DNA of 64,000 nt from assembly GCA_902798695.1 (NCBI GenBank), contig CADBXK010000003.1, positions 2,849 to 66,848 of the forward strand. Reading direction: 5' to 3'. Under the pieces are notes generated by a model. That model was not told the origin of the DNA. It saw only the letters and a list, made by a program, of their open reading frames with translations, and made no database searches. Both the position numbers and the translations under genes were made by a program. This document shows, in pieces, positions 20,061-29,852 of the stretch (within the stretch, counting starts at the first letter, position 1; each line of letters begins with the position of its first letter). Source of the DNA: Oscillospiraceae bacterium. Lineage in GTDB: Bacteria > Bacillota > Clostridia > Oscillospirales > Ruminococcaceae.

Positions 20061-20483
20061 TTACGATATGCTGTTTATTTTCATAGGAGGCTGATTATAT
20101 ATTTTTGTGTGTATGTGGCCGCCAATTAACTTTTCCTCATGAACTATCATATCGGCAATATATTTTTGTGATTTGTTTTTAGGAGAACTAATAACAAATC
20201 TTTTTTTTGTGCATTTTTTTCCACAGTATTTTGATAAATCAAATCCTTGTTCTTTTTGTAAATCATTGTATTCTTTTAGAATTTGATTAAAAGTTTTAGG
20301 AATTATTATTTCTATTTCATCTATGTATTCAATGTCATATTTTAGGCTTTTTAAATATTGCTCTGGAGTTAAATTTCTGTTTTGTTTGCTTATTACTGTA
20401 AACATTAATATTGTGACAATTAAAATTACAAAAAGTGTTAAATACATTATTGTTTTATTGATTTTTAAATGTAGCATAAGCAC
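20061..20483 (-). CDS. DUF4830 domain protein (N-terminal membrane anchor)
   Basis: One TM helix is followed by PKTFNQILKEYNDLQKEQGFDLSKYCGKKCTKKRFVI, the pattern I associate with DUF4830 of Clostridia. AAGGAG lies 10 nt upstream of the GTG at 20483. Confidence 0.55.
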   Translation of the reverse strand: MLMLHLKINKTIMYLTLFVILIVTILMFTVISKQNRNLTPEQYLKSLKYDIEYIDEIEIIIPKTFNQILKEYNDLQKEQGFDLSKYCGKKCTKKRFVISSPKNKSQKYIADMIVHEEKLIGGHIHTKIYNQPPMKINSIS

Positions 20484-20618
20484 TAAATATCAACTCCTTG
20501 ATATTTATAGTATGATTTGTAAATTTAAATAATACACATGTTAATATATTTTTTTTACAATCTGATTAAACAAATGTTTATAATTTTTATGTTAATAATA
20601 TATGAATTTTATTAATTG

Positions 20619-20647
20619 TTGACAATTATCTACAAAAATGTTATCAT
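20619..20647 (+). promoter_or_regulatory. Sigma-A promoter (extended -10) for the PucR-like regulator and ftsEX block
   Basis: TTGACA, 17-nt spacer, TGtTATCAT. The -35 box sits inside the small palindrome AATTGTtgACAATT (20614..20627). Confidence 0.5.
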
Positions 20648-20753
20648 AACACTAGTTGTTTTGATTTTTAATATGTCTATTTATGCATATATTAATCGGC
20701 AACTATTAATTTAAATGTTTTATATTTAAGGCTTTGGAAGAGGAGATTTTTTG

Positions 20754-21839
20754 ATGTCGAATAGACTGTTTCAAACTGTGATAAATCAAATGAAAGACGC
20801 TATAAATAGAGTTATTGGTGTGGTAGATAGTAAAGATATTATTATAGCTTGTAGTGAATTAAATAAGATAGGATCTTTTAGAGAAATTGCATCTGTTAAT
20901 TTGGTTGGTTCTCGAGATGTTTTTATAGTTGATGGATACGTATATAAAATGTTTGGTATACATACTCATTTGGAATATGCGGTTTTTGTTGAGGGAGTTG
21001 ATGAGACTGCTATACGTTATGCTAAAATATTGGCGATTACTTTGTCTAATATAAAGCAATACTATGACGAAAAATATGATAGAAATAATTTTGTGAAAAA
21101 TATAATATTAGATAATATTCTGCCAGGTGAGATATATATTAAAGCTAAAGAACTTAATTTTAAAACAAATGTAAAAAGAGTTGCTTTTTTAATTAGAACG
21201 ATTGGTGATAAAGAAATTTCATCTTTTGATGTGGTTCAAAAACTGTTTCCTGATAAAAGAAAAGATTTTGTGTTTAATATTAGTGAGACCGATATTGTTT
21301 TGATAAAAGAAATTTGTGATGATATAAAATCAAATGATTTAAGAAAATTAGCTAGATCTATTATTGACAGTTTGTTTGGTGAACTTTCAATTAAAACGAC
21401 TGTTGGTATTGGTATTCCTGTAACTAATATAAAAGATCTTGCTCGGTCGTTTAAAGAGGCAAAGGTTTCTTTAGACATTGGAGAAGTTTTTGAGACAGAT
21501 CGTTCTATAACTAGTTACGATAATTTGGGTATAGTTCGCTTAATATATCAACTTCCGGTGACACTGTGTGAAACTTTTTTGAACGAAGTATTTAAGGAGG
21601 AGCCTATTGGTTCATTGGATAGAGAAACTTTATTTACAATAAATAAGTTTTTTGAAAATAATTTAAATGTTTCGGAAACATCTAGGAAGTTGTTTGTTCA
21701 CAGAAATACTCTTGTATATAGACTAGAGAAAATTAAAAAATTAACTGGACTAGATTTAAGAGAGTTTGATGATGCTATTCTATTTAAAATAGCGCTTATG
21801 GTTCGTAAATATTTGCTTTCAAAGTTAAATGAAAACTAA
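20754..21839 (+). CDS. PucR/CdaR-family transcriptional regulator
   Basis: The C-terminal HTH is SETSRKLFVHRNTLVYRLEKIKKLTGLDLREFDD, typical of PucR_C. The ATG at 20754 follows GAGGAG. Confidence 0.7.
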   Translation: MSNRLFQTVINQMKDAINRVIGVVDSKDIIIACSELNKIGSFREIASVNLVGSRDVFIVDGYVYKMFGIHTHLEYAVFVEGVDETAIRYAKILAITLSNIKQYYDEKYDRNNFVKNIILDNILPGEIYIKAKELNFKTNVKRVAFLIRTIGDKEISSFDVVQKLFPDKRKDFVFNISETDIVLIKEICDDIKSNDLRKLARSIIDSLFGELSIKTTVGIGIPVTNIKDLARSFKEAKVSLDIGEVFETDRSITSYDNLGIVRLIYQLPVTLCETFLNEVFKEEPIGSLDRETLFTINKFFENNLNVSETSRKLFVHRNTLVYRLEKIKKLTGLDLREFDDAILFKIALMVRKYLLSKLNEN

Positions 21840-21883
21840 AATATAAAACGTGTTATTGATTTGTGTAAGGAGAATATTATAGA

Positions 21884-22573
21884 ATGATAAGCATGAAAGA
21901 TGTTTGTTTTGATTATGACAATGGAACTCGCGCACTTTATAATGTAAATTTGAATATTGAAAATGGAGAGTTTGTTTTTGTTGTTGGACAATCTGGAGCG
22001 GGTAAAAGTTCTATGTTAAAATTGCTTACTCGTGAAAATGTGGCGACAACTGGAGAAGTTATAATAAATAATTACAATTTAGGTAATTTAAATAAAAAAG
22101 AAATTCCATACTTTAGACGTACTGTTGGTATGGTTTTTCAAGATTTTAGATTAATTCCCGGTATGACAGTTTTTGATAATGTGGCGTTTGTTTTGAGAGT
22201 TACTAACTTCTCTAATAAATATATAAGTACTAGAGTACCTTATGTTTTAGATTTGGTTAATCTCTCAGATTCTGCTAATAAATATCCTAGTGAGTTATCT
22301 GGTGGTGAGCAGCAGCGTGTGGCAATAGCTCGTGCTTTAGCTGGCGACCCCCCAATTTTGATTGCAGATGAACCTACTGGAAATATTGATCCAGAGCTAT
22401 CTTTGCAAATTGTTGAATTGTTAGTTGATATTAATAAATATTGTGGAACTACTATAGTTGTTGTTACTCATGAACATGAAATTGTTCGTTACTTTGGTGG
22501 CAGAGTTGTTAGTATTGAGAATGGTCAGATTGCATTTGATGAAGTTATTGGGGGAGAACATGAACATAAATAG
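21884..22573 (+). CDS. ftsE: Cell division ATP-binding protein FtsE
   Basis: Walker A GQSGAGKSS, signature LSGGEQQRVAIARA and Walker B ILIADEPTGNID. About 229 aa, followed by ftsX. Confidence 0.92.
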   Translation: MISMKDVCFDYDNGTRALYNVNLNIENGEFVFVVGQSGAGKSSMLKLLTRENVATTGEVIINNYNLGNLNKKEIPYFRRTVGMVFQDFRLIPGMTVFDNVAFVLRVTNFSNKYISTRVPYVLDLVNLSDSANKYPSELSGGEQQRVAIARALAGDPPILIADEPTGNIDPELSLQIVELLVDINKYCGTTIVVVTHEHEIVRYFGGRVVSIENGQIAFDEVIGGEHEHK

Positions 22574-23462
22574 TTTGAAGTATTTGTTTTTTGAAGGATT
22601 AAAAAATGTTGTCAAAAATAAACTTATGGCGTTGGCATCTGTTGGAGTGTTAACGGCTTGTTTAATTGTTGTTGGTTGTTCAGTTTTATTAACTGGTAAT
22701 ATGAACAACATGGTTACTTATATTGGTGAACAGAGTACGATGGTGGTTTTTTTAAAAGATGAAGTTGATCAGGCTGATGTTGATAGATTAACGGCATCTC
22801 TCAAAGAAAACAATAGTGTAAAAGAGGCAAATTATATTTCAAAAGAGCAAGCATTATTGAACTATTCAAAAAGAATGAATAGCGACTCAGCAATAAAGAC
22901 TTTATCTGAGGAAAATGTTTTGCCGGCATCTATAAATGTACATATTAGTGATATGTCGGATTTAGATAATCTTGTGGAAATTGCAAAGAGTTCTTCGGTT
23001 GTGGAAAATGTTGTTGTTCCAACAAATGTTACCAATGTTATTAAAGAATTGGGTAAGACTGTTGGTTGGTTTGGAACTGCTATAGTTCTTGCTCTTATAT
23101 TGGTTTCGATAGTTATTATTTCGAACACTATTAGAGCAACGGTTTTTGCAAGAAGACGAGAGATTGCTATTATGAAGCAGGTTGGGGCTACGGACAACTT
23201 TGTTAGATTTCCTTTCTTAGTTGAAGGAATGACAATAGGTTTTATTTCAGCAGTTATTGCATTTATATTAATTTGTGCTGGATATCAAACCGTAATGGTT
23301 ATATTGACTGAAAGTAGTTCTGCTTTTTTAAAATCGATGTTTTCTAGTTTGATGCAGTTTAGTAGTATAGGCTGGATTATGGCATTAGGATTTTTAGTTA
23401 GTGGAATTTTAGCAGGGGTTATTGGTAGTTTAATAAGTTTAAGGAAATATTTGAGTGTTTAA
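22560..23462 (+). CDS. ftsX: Cell division permease-like protein FtsX
   Basis: MNINSLKYLFFEGLKNVVKNK..., a large extracellular loop, then 3 C-terminal TM helices. The ATG at 22560 overlaps the ftsE stop, and the ORF-track start at 22458 is an artefact. Confidence 0.9.
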   Translation: MNINSLKYLFFEGLKNVVKNKLMALASVGVLTACLIVVGCSVLLTGNMNNMVTYIGEQSTMVVFLKDEVDQADVDRLTASLKENNSVKEANYISKEQALLNYSKRMNSDSAIKTLSEENVLPASINVHISDMSDLDNLVEIAKSSSVVENVVVPTNVTNVIKELGKTVGWFGTAIVLALILVSIVIISNTIRATVFARRREIAIMKQVGATDNFVRFPFLVEGMTIGFISAVIAFILICAGYQTVMVILTESSSAFLKSMFSSLMQFSSIGWIMALGFLVSGILAGVIGSLISLRKYLSV

Positions 23463-23506
23463 TTACGCACTTTATAGTTTTTTAGTTTTTGATAGGAGGT
23501 TTTGCT

Positions 23507-24772
23507 TTGAAAAAATTAAAAAAAGTAAGGGCTTTTAGTTTATGTTTATGTACGATTATGATTAGCCAATTATTCACCTTTCAGGTATCTGCAAAGACAG
23601 CTAGTGAACTTAGAAATGAAATTGCAAATTATAGAAAAGAGCTTTCACAACTTGAAAAGAATGGTATAGAACAAAGTAAATATCAAAGCACACTTTCTAA
23701 ACAGATAGATGCTTTGTCGCAGCAAATGCAAGAATTTGATAATCAGATTGATGAGTTAAATATTCAGATAGATGAAAAGCAAACTGTTATCGATAAACTT
23801 AATGAACAAATTTTTGATAATGAATTACAAATTTGTAAAATGAAAACAGATATTGATGGTTTAGAATCGGATAAAAATTTTACTGAAGATCAGCTTCGTG
23901 AGAGAATGAAAGAAAACTATTTATATGAACAATCTGGTCCTTTAGAAGTTTTGTTGTCTTCTCAGGATTTTGGAGAATTTATATCAAATATTATCTATTT
24001 GCAAAAAGTAGCTGAATTTGATAATAAGCTTATGGAAAAGTTGGATATGCAAATAGATGAAATAAACACAGAAAAATCAAAAGTTGAGGACGTTGTCACA
24101 AAGATAAATAGGAGCAAGGATGTTGTTGTTTCTGCATTAGATGAAGTGCAGGGAAAAGTGTCTGAAATTAATAAGGCCAAGGAAAGTAAAAAATCAGTTA
24201 GTGATGAACTTTCCAGTCAGCTGAAAAAGAGCACTATTCAGTCCGCGAATATTGAACAGGCCAAGAAACGAGTTCAGAAAGCACAGTCTCGTGCAAAGTG
24301 TGAATTAGAGAATCCTACGAATGCTATTAGATCATTGCAAAATAAAAATAGAGGTAATTTTAAAGGCCCTGTAGATACGGGGGGATACATATATCCGGTT
24401 GATGGATCTAGTAAAATTAGTCCTGATAGAAGATTTAATCCATCTATACCACATTATGGTATTGATATTCTTACTTATGGCCAACATCTCCCTGTTGTTG
24501 CTTCTAGAGGAGGAACGGTTATTGTATCTAGATTTGGACTTAAGGACTCGGGATATGGAGGATATGGCAACGTTGTAGTTATAAGTCATGGAGATAGATA
24601 TTCCACGTTATATGGTCATATGTTGACAAGATATGTTAACGTTGGTGATGAGGTAAGTAGAGGACAATGTATAGGGCTTGTTGGAAACACTGGTGATAGT
24701 AGTTGCATTCACCTTCATTTTGAAGTGAGGCATCATGGGGACCCCATTCCGACTCCATTTGAGAAGGATTGA
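23507..24772 (+). CDS. Secreted coiled-coil M23 (LytM-type) peptidoglycan endopeptidase, paralogue A
   Basis: A signal peptide and a Q/E/K-rich coiled coil of about 250 aa precede a C-terminal M23 domain. The HxxxD motif (PHYGID) and HxH motif (IHLHFE) are both intact. The TTG start follows AGGAGG. Confidence 0.85.
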   Translation: MKKLKKVRAFSLCLCTIMISQLFTFQVSAKTASELRNEIANYRKELSQLEKNGIEQSKYQSTLSKQIDALSQQMQEFDNQIDELNIQIDEKQTVIDKLNEQIFDNELQICKMKTDIDGLESDKNFTEDQLRERMKENYLYEQSGPLEVLLSSQDFGEFISNIIYLQKVAEFDNKLMEKLDMQIDEINTEKSKVEDVVTKINRSKDVVVSALDEVQGKVSEINKAKESKKSVSDELSSQLKKSTIQSANIEQAKKRVQKAQSRAKCELENPTNAIRSLQNKNRGNFKGPVDTGGYIYPVDGSSKISPDRRFNPSIPHYGIDILTYGQHLPVVASRGGTVIVSRFGLKDSGYGGYGNVVVISHGDRYSTLYGHMLTRYVNVGDEVSRGQCIGLVGNTGDSSCIHLHFEVRHHGDPIPTPFEKD

Positions 24773-24811
24773 TATTTATATTTTGAGTGTAATTTGAGAG
24801 GAGGTTTTATT

Positions 24812-26062
24812 TTGAAAAAGTTAAAAAAATTAAAGGTTTTTAGTTTGTTTTTATGTCTGGTAATTGTTGGGCAATTGTTTACTTGCCAGGTATCGGCTCA
24901 TAAGACAGTTGAGGAACTTAGAAATGAAATTGAAAGTTATAGAAAAGAGCTTTCCCAGCTTGAAAAGAATGGGGTAGAACAGAGCGCATATCAAGCTACG
25001 CTTTCTAAGCAAATAGATGCTCTTTCGCAACAGATGCAAGCTTTTGATAGTCAGATTAATGAATTAAATGGTCAGATAGGTGAAAAGCAAGCTGCTATTG
25101 ATAAACTTAATGATCAAATTGCTGAGCATGAGGCTCAGATTGAAAAAATGAAAAAGGATATTGCAGCTATAGAATCAGAGAAAAATGTTACTGAGGAGCA
25201 GCTTCGTGAGAGGATGAAGGAAAACTATTTATATGAACAATCTGGTCCTTTAGAAGTGTTGATGTCTTCTCAAGATTTTGGAGAGTTTGTATCTAACGTA
25301 GTTTATTTGAAAAAAATAGCTGAATTTGATAAGAAGCTTACGGAAAAATTGGATATGCAAATAAACGAAATAAATGCAGAAAAATCAAAAATTGAGGATG
25401 TAGTGGCACAAATAAACAGAACTAAAGATGTAATTGTCTCGGCCTTAGATGAGGTACAGAAAAAAGTTTATGAAATTAATAAGGCTAAGGAAAGTAAAAA
25501 GTCGGTTAGCGATGAGCTTTCAAGTCAGTTGAAAAAAAGTACCATGCAATCAGAGAGCATTGAGCAAGCAAAGAAACGAGTTCAGAAAGCACAGTCTCGT
25601 GCTCAGTGTGAATTAGAAGATGCTACTGATACTATTAGATCATTACAAAATAAAAATAATTTTAAAGGTCCTGTAGATGCTGGGGGATATTTGTTCCCAG
25701 TTGCACCACCTAATCGTATTCATAGAGGATATAATCCGTCTATTCCACATTATGGTGTTGACATTGCTACGAATGGTCGAAATAATCCTATATTCGCTTC
25801 TAGAGGTGGAGTGGTAATTGCATCTAGATTTGGAGTTCGTGGAGATGGATTGGGTGGATATGGCAATGTTGTTGTTATATATCATGGAGATGGATATTCC
25901 ACGTTATATGGTCATATGTTGACAAGATATGTTCATGTTGGTCAGGTTGTAAGTAGAGGACAATGTATAGGACTTGTTGGAAACACTGGTGAGTCTCATG
26001 GAGAGCATTGCCATTTCGAAGTGAGATGTAATGGAAGACCAATTCCAACTCCTTTTGGATAG
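24812..26062 (+). CDS. Secreted coiled-coil M23 (LytM-type) peptidoglycan endopeptidase, paralogue B
   Basis: Same architecture as paralogue A and roughly three-quarters identical by eye. PHYGVD and EHCHFE are intact. The TTG start follows AGGAGG. Confidence 0.85.
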   Translation: MKKLKKLKVFSLFLCLVIVGQLFTCQVSAHKTVEELRNEIESYRKELSQLEKNGVEQSAYQATLSKQIDALSQQMQAFDSQINELNGQIGEKQAAIDKLNDQIAEHEAQIEKMKKDIAAIESEKNVTEEQLRERMKENYLYEQSGPLEVLMSSQDFGEFVSNVVYLKKIAEFDKKLTEKLDMQINEINAEKSKIEDVVAQINRTKDVIVSALDEVQKKVYEINKAKESKKSVSDELSSQLKKSTMQSESIEQAKKRVQKAQSRAQCELEDATDTIRSLQNKNNFKGPVDAGGYLFPVAPPNRIHRGYNPSIPHYGVDIATNGRNNPIFASRGGVVIASRFGVRGDGLGGYGNVVVIYHGDGYSTLYGHMLTRYVHVGQVVSRGQCIGLVGNTGESHGEHCHFEVRCNGRPIPTPFG

Positions 26063-26101
26063 AATTTAGGTGTTTTTGATTAGAGTTAAGGAAGTTAATT
26101 A

Positions 26102-27268
26102 ATGAAAAATACAACGTTCAAGTGGTTCGTTTTTATACTTTGTTTTTGCGTTTCTTGGACTGGTGGAATGTATTTTGCATATTTACAGTTAGGTAGATTT
26201 GATAGATTGACTTTTCAGTTTAATGAAGTTAATAAATTTGTTAAAAATAACCACTTAACTGAATTAGACGAAGAATCGTTGATGGACTATGTTTTGAGCG
26301 GGTATGTTAGTGGCTTAAATGATAAATATGCAAAATATTATACTGCGCAAGAGTGGGAAAAATTTGAAAATGGAAACAAAGGTCTCCTCCATGGAGTAGG
26401 AATTAGAATTGAAAGTGATAGTTCTGGATATATTAAAGTTATTGCTGTTTTTGCAAATTCTCCTGCGGAACGTTCTGGAATTCAAGTTGGTGATGTTATT
26501 ACCAAGATTAATGATGTTGAAGTTTTAGGACATAGTGTTGTTGATGTAGTTAATATTTTGCAAGGAGAGAGTTGCGATACTTTTGATATAGTATTTAAAC
26601 GAGGTGGAGAAACATATAATAAAACGGTAACTAGAGATATTATTGAGTTGCCCAGTGTTGAGTACTATATGGACGGTTGTAATGGGTACATTAGAATAAT
26701 GAGTTTTAACAATTCTACAGTTAAACAGTTTGAGGAAGCACTTAAGAATTTGCAAAATGATGGAGCTCAGGCCTTAATATTTGATTTAAGAAATAATAGT
26801 GGGGGAACTGTGGATTCTGTATGTAAAATACTTAATATGTTGTTACCCTCGGGAGTTATAGCTACACAAAGAACATTGGATGGACATGAGACTGTTCTTG
26901 GAATGTCCGATGAAAATGAAATTAATATTCCTATGGTCACTATCACGAATAAGAATACTGCAAGCGCTGCAGAATTATTTGTTTGTGATTTGAAAGACTA
27001 CAATAAAGCCAGTCAGGTGGGACAAACAACATATGGTAAAGGTGTTTTGCAAACAACAAAGCGATTCTCAAGTGGAAATGCTGTTAAGATAACAACTGCA
27101 TATTTTAATCCTGCCAAGAGTAAAAATTTTGATCAAGTAGGATTAAAACCGGATGTAGAGGTTACTTTAGATGAAAATAAAGAAGACCTTTATTTAAAAG
27201 GACAGTTGGATTTAAGAAATGATGATCAATATCAGGCGGCTGTAAATTTATTAAAAAATAGTTTATAA
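26102..27268 (+). CDS. S41 family C-terminal processing peptidase (CtpA/CtpB-like) with a PDZ domain
   Basis: N-terminal TM anchor, PDZ motif SPAERSGIQVGDVI, catalytic serine region NKNTASAAELF and lysine region TYGKGVLQ. Confidence 0.85.
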   Translation: MKNTTFKWFVFILCFCVSWTGGMYFAYLQLGRFDRLTFQFNEVNKFVKNNHLTELDEESLMDYVLSGYVSGLNDKYAKYYTAQEWEKFENGNKGLLHGVGIRIESDSSGYIKVIAVFANSPAERSGIQVGDVITKINDVEVLGHSVVDVVNILQGESCDTFDIVFKRGGETYNKTVTRDIIELPSVEYYMDGCNGYIRIMSFNNSTVKQFEEALKNLQNDGAQALIFDLRNNSGGTVDSVCKILNMLLPSGVIATQRTLDGHETVLGMSDENEINIPMVTITNKNTASAAELFVCDLKDYNKASQVGQTTYGKGVLQTTKRFSSGNAVKITTAYFNPAKSKNFDQVGLKPDVEVTLDENKEDLYLKGQLDLRNDDQYQAAVNLLKNSL

Positions 27269-27280
27269 ATATATACAAAA

Positions 27281-27315
27281 AATAACATGCTGAAAATACT
27301 CAGCATGTTATTTTT
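27281..27315. terminator. Bidirectional intrinsic terminator (ctp / prmA convergent)
   Basis: aataacatgctga / tcagcatgttatt forms a perfect 13-bp stem, with an A-run before it and a T-run after it. Confidence 0.8.
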
Positions 27316-28243
27316 ATTTTTTTAATTTGAAATATATTGATACCCAATCCTTATTCCTTTTAATTTTTTGGGGAATTAGGTTATTTTGTTTGAGTTTATT
27401 AATAACCTCTACTTCTCTTTCTGCTATGATACCTGAACATATAAATTTAGTTTCGCTATGCATAAATTTGGTTATGTTGGCAGATAGTTCGATAATAATA
27501 TCCGAAACGATATTTGCACATATAACATCGAATTTTCCGTGAATTTTCTCAGTTAGATTTCCGCACAAAAATTTAAATGAACTTTCGTCTATATTATTTA
27601 ACTGAGCATTTTCTTTTGCAATTTTTACAGCTAAAGGGTCTATATCTACTCCTAAGGATGATTTGGCCCCTAGTAATATGGATGTTATAGATAATATTCC
27701 ACTACCACATCCAACGTCCAAAACAGTGCAATTGGGAGTTATGAGTGTTTCTAAAAACTCAATACACATTTGTGTGGTTTCATGTTTTCCTGTGCCAAAA
27801 GATATTCCAGGATTTAAAATTACTTTTATTTCGTCACTTTTATTATCAAATTTTTCCCATTTAGGACATATAATTACATTTTTACCTATTTTGAGTGGAT
27901 GATAGAATTCTTGCCACTTTGTTTCCCATTCATTGGTATTAGAAATAGATTTTTTTGTTATTGTGTTAGAGATATGATTTTCATTTAATTTTTTATTTAA
28001 AAAATCAATAGAACTATCAATGTTTTTAGAATTTTGTAGATATATATGTATTTTTGCAATATTTTTAGCTTTATTTTTAAGTTGATTATCAATTAAATCT
28101 GTGTGAGCAATTTCCATAACATCTTTTTCTAATTGAGAATAATCTTCGATATATACGCTATCTGGGTTAACTAATTGAGCAAGTTCAGACACAGTGTCTG
28201 TATATTTTGATGATATTTCAATAATAATTTCAATCCAATTCAT
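27314..28243 (-). CDS. prmA: Ribosomal protein L11 methyltransferase
   Basis: GISFGTGKHETTQMC and the SAM motif VLDVGCGSGILS. It sits downstream of the dnaK-dnaJ block, as in other Firmicutes. Confidence 0.9.
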   Translation of the reverse strand: MNWIEIIIEISSKYTDTVSELAQLVNPDSVYIEDYSQLEKDVMEIAHTDLIDNQLKNKAKNIAKIHIYLQNSKNIDSSIDFLNKKLNENHISNTITKKSISNTNEWETKWQEFYHPLKIGKNVIICPKWEKFDNKSDEIKVILNPGISFGTGKHETTQMCIEFLETLITPNCTVLDVGCGSGILSITSILLGAKSSLGVDIDPLAVKIAKENAQLNNIDESSFKFLCGNLTEKIHGKFDVICANIVSDIIIELSANITKFMHSETKFICSGIIAEREVEVINKLKQNNLIPQKIKRNKDWVSIYFKLKK

Positions 28244-29753
28244 AATTTTTATTCACCATTTCTTTAAAAACATTATTTAAATTATTTATTATGTTAGTGG
28301 AAGTCATGCTTCTAGATGTTTTTGTTGATTGTGTTAATAAATCAGCAGATAGGCCATGAACAAATATGGCGTTAGATATTGCGTGTTGCATATTTTCATG
28401 ACATGGAATAAATGCTGTTATAATTCCTGTTAAAGCATCACCTGTTCCACCTTTTGCCAATCCTTCATTACCGCTGGTATTAACATATTGATTTCCTTCA
28501 GGAGTAGACAATATAGTGTAGGGGCCTTTTAGAACTAAAAAGCAATTCCATTCTATGGCTTTTTGTTTTGATATTTGAAATCTATTTGTTTCTATTTCAG
28601 TTACTGAACATTTACACAATCTAGCCATTTCACCAGTATGTGGTGTTAAAACTGTAGGTTGATTTCTTAGTTTTATTAAATTTATCAACTCATCATTTAA
28701 GAAGTAAAGAGCGTCTGCATCTAAAATTATTGGTACATTACTTAAAATGACTTTTTTCACAACATTTCTAGTAATAGTTTTTCTGGATAATCCGGGACCG
28801 CATGCTATAATGCTAGTTTTATCTGGTATTTGAAAATCATATATATATCCATCTTTTTCTAGGCATGAGGTATATGTTGCTTCTAGTAAATGATTTATTG
28901 CATAACTTTTTGCAAATTCTGGAATACCAAGAACTATTAAACCTATTCCGGACAAAATGCATGCTTTAGCAGATAATATTGGTGCACTAGGCATATATCT
29001 ACTTCCGCCAATTATTAATGCTTTACCATAGGTTCCCTTGTGCGAATTTGGTTGGCGTATAGGAAGAGTGGATTTAAAGTTTTCTTCATTCCAAGTTTGT
29101 TTTAATGTTGTTTTTGACTTATGATCAAATATAATTCCTGCGTCAACAACCGAAATTTTGCCGTAATTAATTTTAGATGGATATAAGAAAGCACTTATTT
29201 TTGGAAAAGAGACTGTAAAAGTGTAATGGGCTTTTATTGGATTTTCAATCATTTCTCCATTGGCAGACACTCCACTCGGTATATCTATCGATATAATTTT
29301 TGCATTCGATTTATTTATATCTGAAATGAGCTGATAATAAATTGAATTTGATTTACATTTAAAACCTATGCCTAATATAGCGTCTATTATAACGGTAGAT
29401 TTATCAATAAGTTGATTAGTCGATTTATCGTATGAAAAAAAGCTATATCCGTGATTTTTATATAAATTAAGATGATATAAGGAAGGACCTTTATATGTAG
29501 AGGGATTAGGTATAATTACAAGATTTACATTAAAGTTTAAGTTTTTTAATCTACGTGCAATAGCTATTCCATCTCCACCATTATTGCCATGGCCACAAAA
29601 TATTGTTATGGTATCTGTTGGTTTTACAATTTTTAAAATTTTATGTGTTATTGCTTGACCAGCATTTTCCATCAATATTTCAGATGAAACTCCTAGAGAA
29701 TCTATTGTATATTTATCCGCATCATACATTTCTTCTTTTGAAAATATTACCAT
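28230..29753 (-). CDS. nnr: Bifunctional NAD(P)H-hydrate repair enzyme Nnr (epimerase plus ADP-dependent dehydratase)
   Basis: The N-terminal YjeF_N domain has GHGNNGGDG. The C-terminal carbohydrate-kinase-like domain has HKGTYGKALIIGGS and GGTGDALTG. The ATG at 29753 follows AAGGTG. Confidence 0.88.
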   Translation of the reverse strand: MVIFSKEEMYDADKYTIDSLGVSSEILMENAGQAITHKILKIVKPTDTITIFCGHGNNGGDGIAIARRLKNLNFNVNLVIIPNPSTYKGPSLYHLNLYKNHGYSFFSYDKSTNQLIDKSTVIIDAILGIGFKCKSNSIYYQLISDINKSNAKIISIDIPSGVSANGEMIENPIKAHYTFTVSFPKISAFLYPSKINYGKISVVDAGIIFDHKSKTTLKQTWNEENFKSTLPIRQPNSHKGTYGKALIIGGSRYMPSAPILSAKACILSGIGLIVLGIPEFAKSYAINHLLEATYTSCLEKDGYIYDFQIPDKTSIIACGPGLSRKTITRNVVKKVILSNVPIILDADALYFLNDELINLIKLRNQPTVLTPHTGEMARLCKCSVTEIETNRFQISKQKAIEWNCFLVLKGPYTILSTPEGNQYVNTSGNEGLAKGGTGDALTGIITAFIPCHENMQHAISNAIFVHGLSADLLTQSTKTSRSMTSTNIINNLNNVFKEMVNKNYELD

Positions 29754-29778
29754 AAATATCACCTTCTTTTCAAAATAC

Positions 29779-29807
29779 AGTATACATTTAAATTAAATAA
29801 TAATCAA
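29779..29807 (-). promoter_or_regulatory. Sigma-A promoter (extended -10) for nnr-prmA
   Basis: The minus strand reads TTGATT, 17-nt spacer, TGtATACT. It starts directly after the dnaJ terminator. Confidence 0.5.
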
Positions 29808-29852
29808 GAAAAATAACCCTCCAATCACAAAATATTGTTATCAGAGGGTTAT
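29808..29852 (-). terminator. Intrinsic terminator after dnaJ
   Basis: ataaccctc / gagggttat forms a 9-bp stem with a 22-nt loop, followed on the minus strand by TTTTCTT. Confidence 0.6.
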
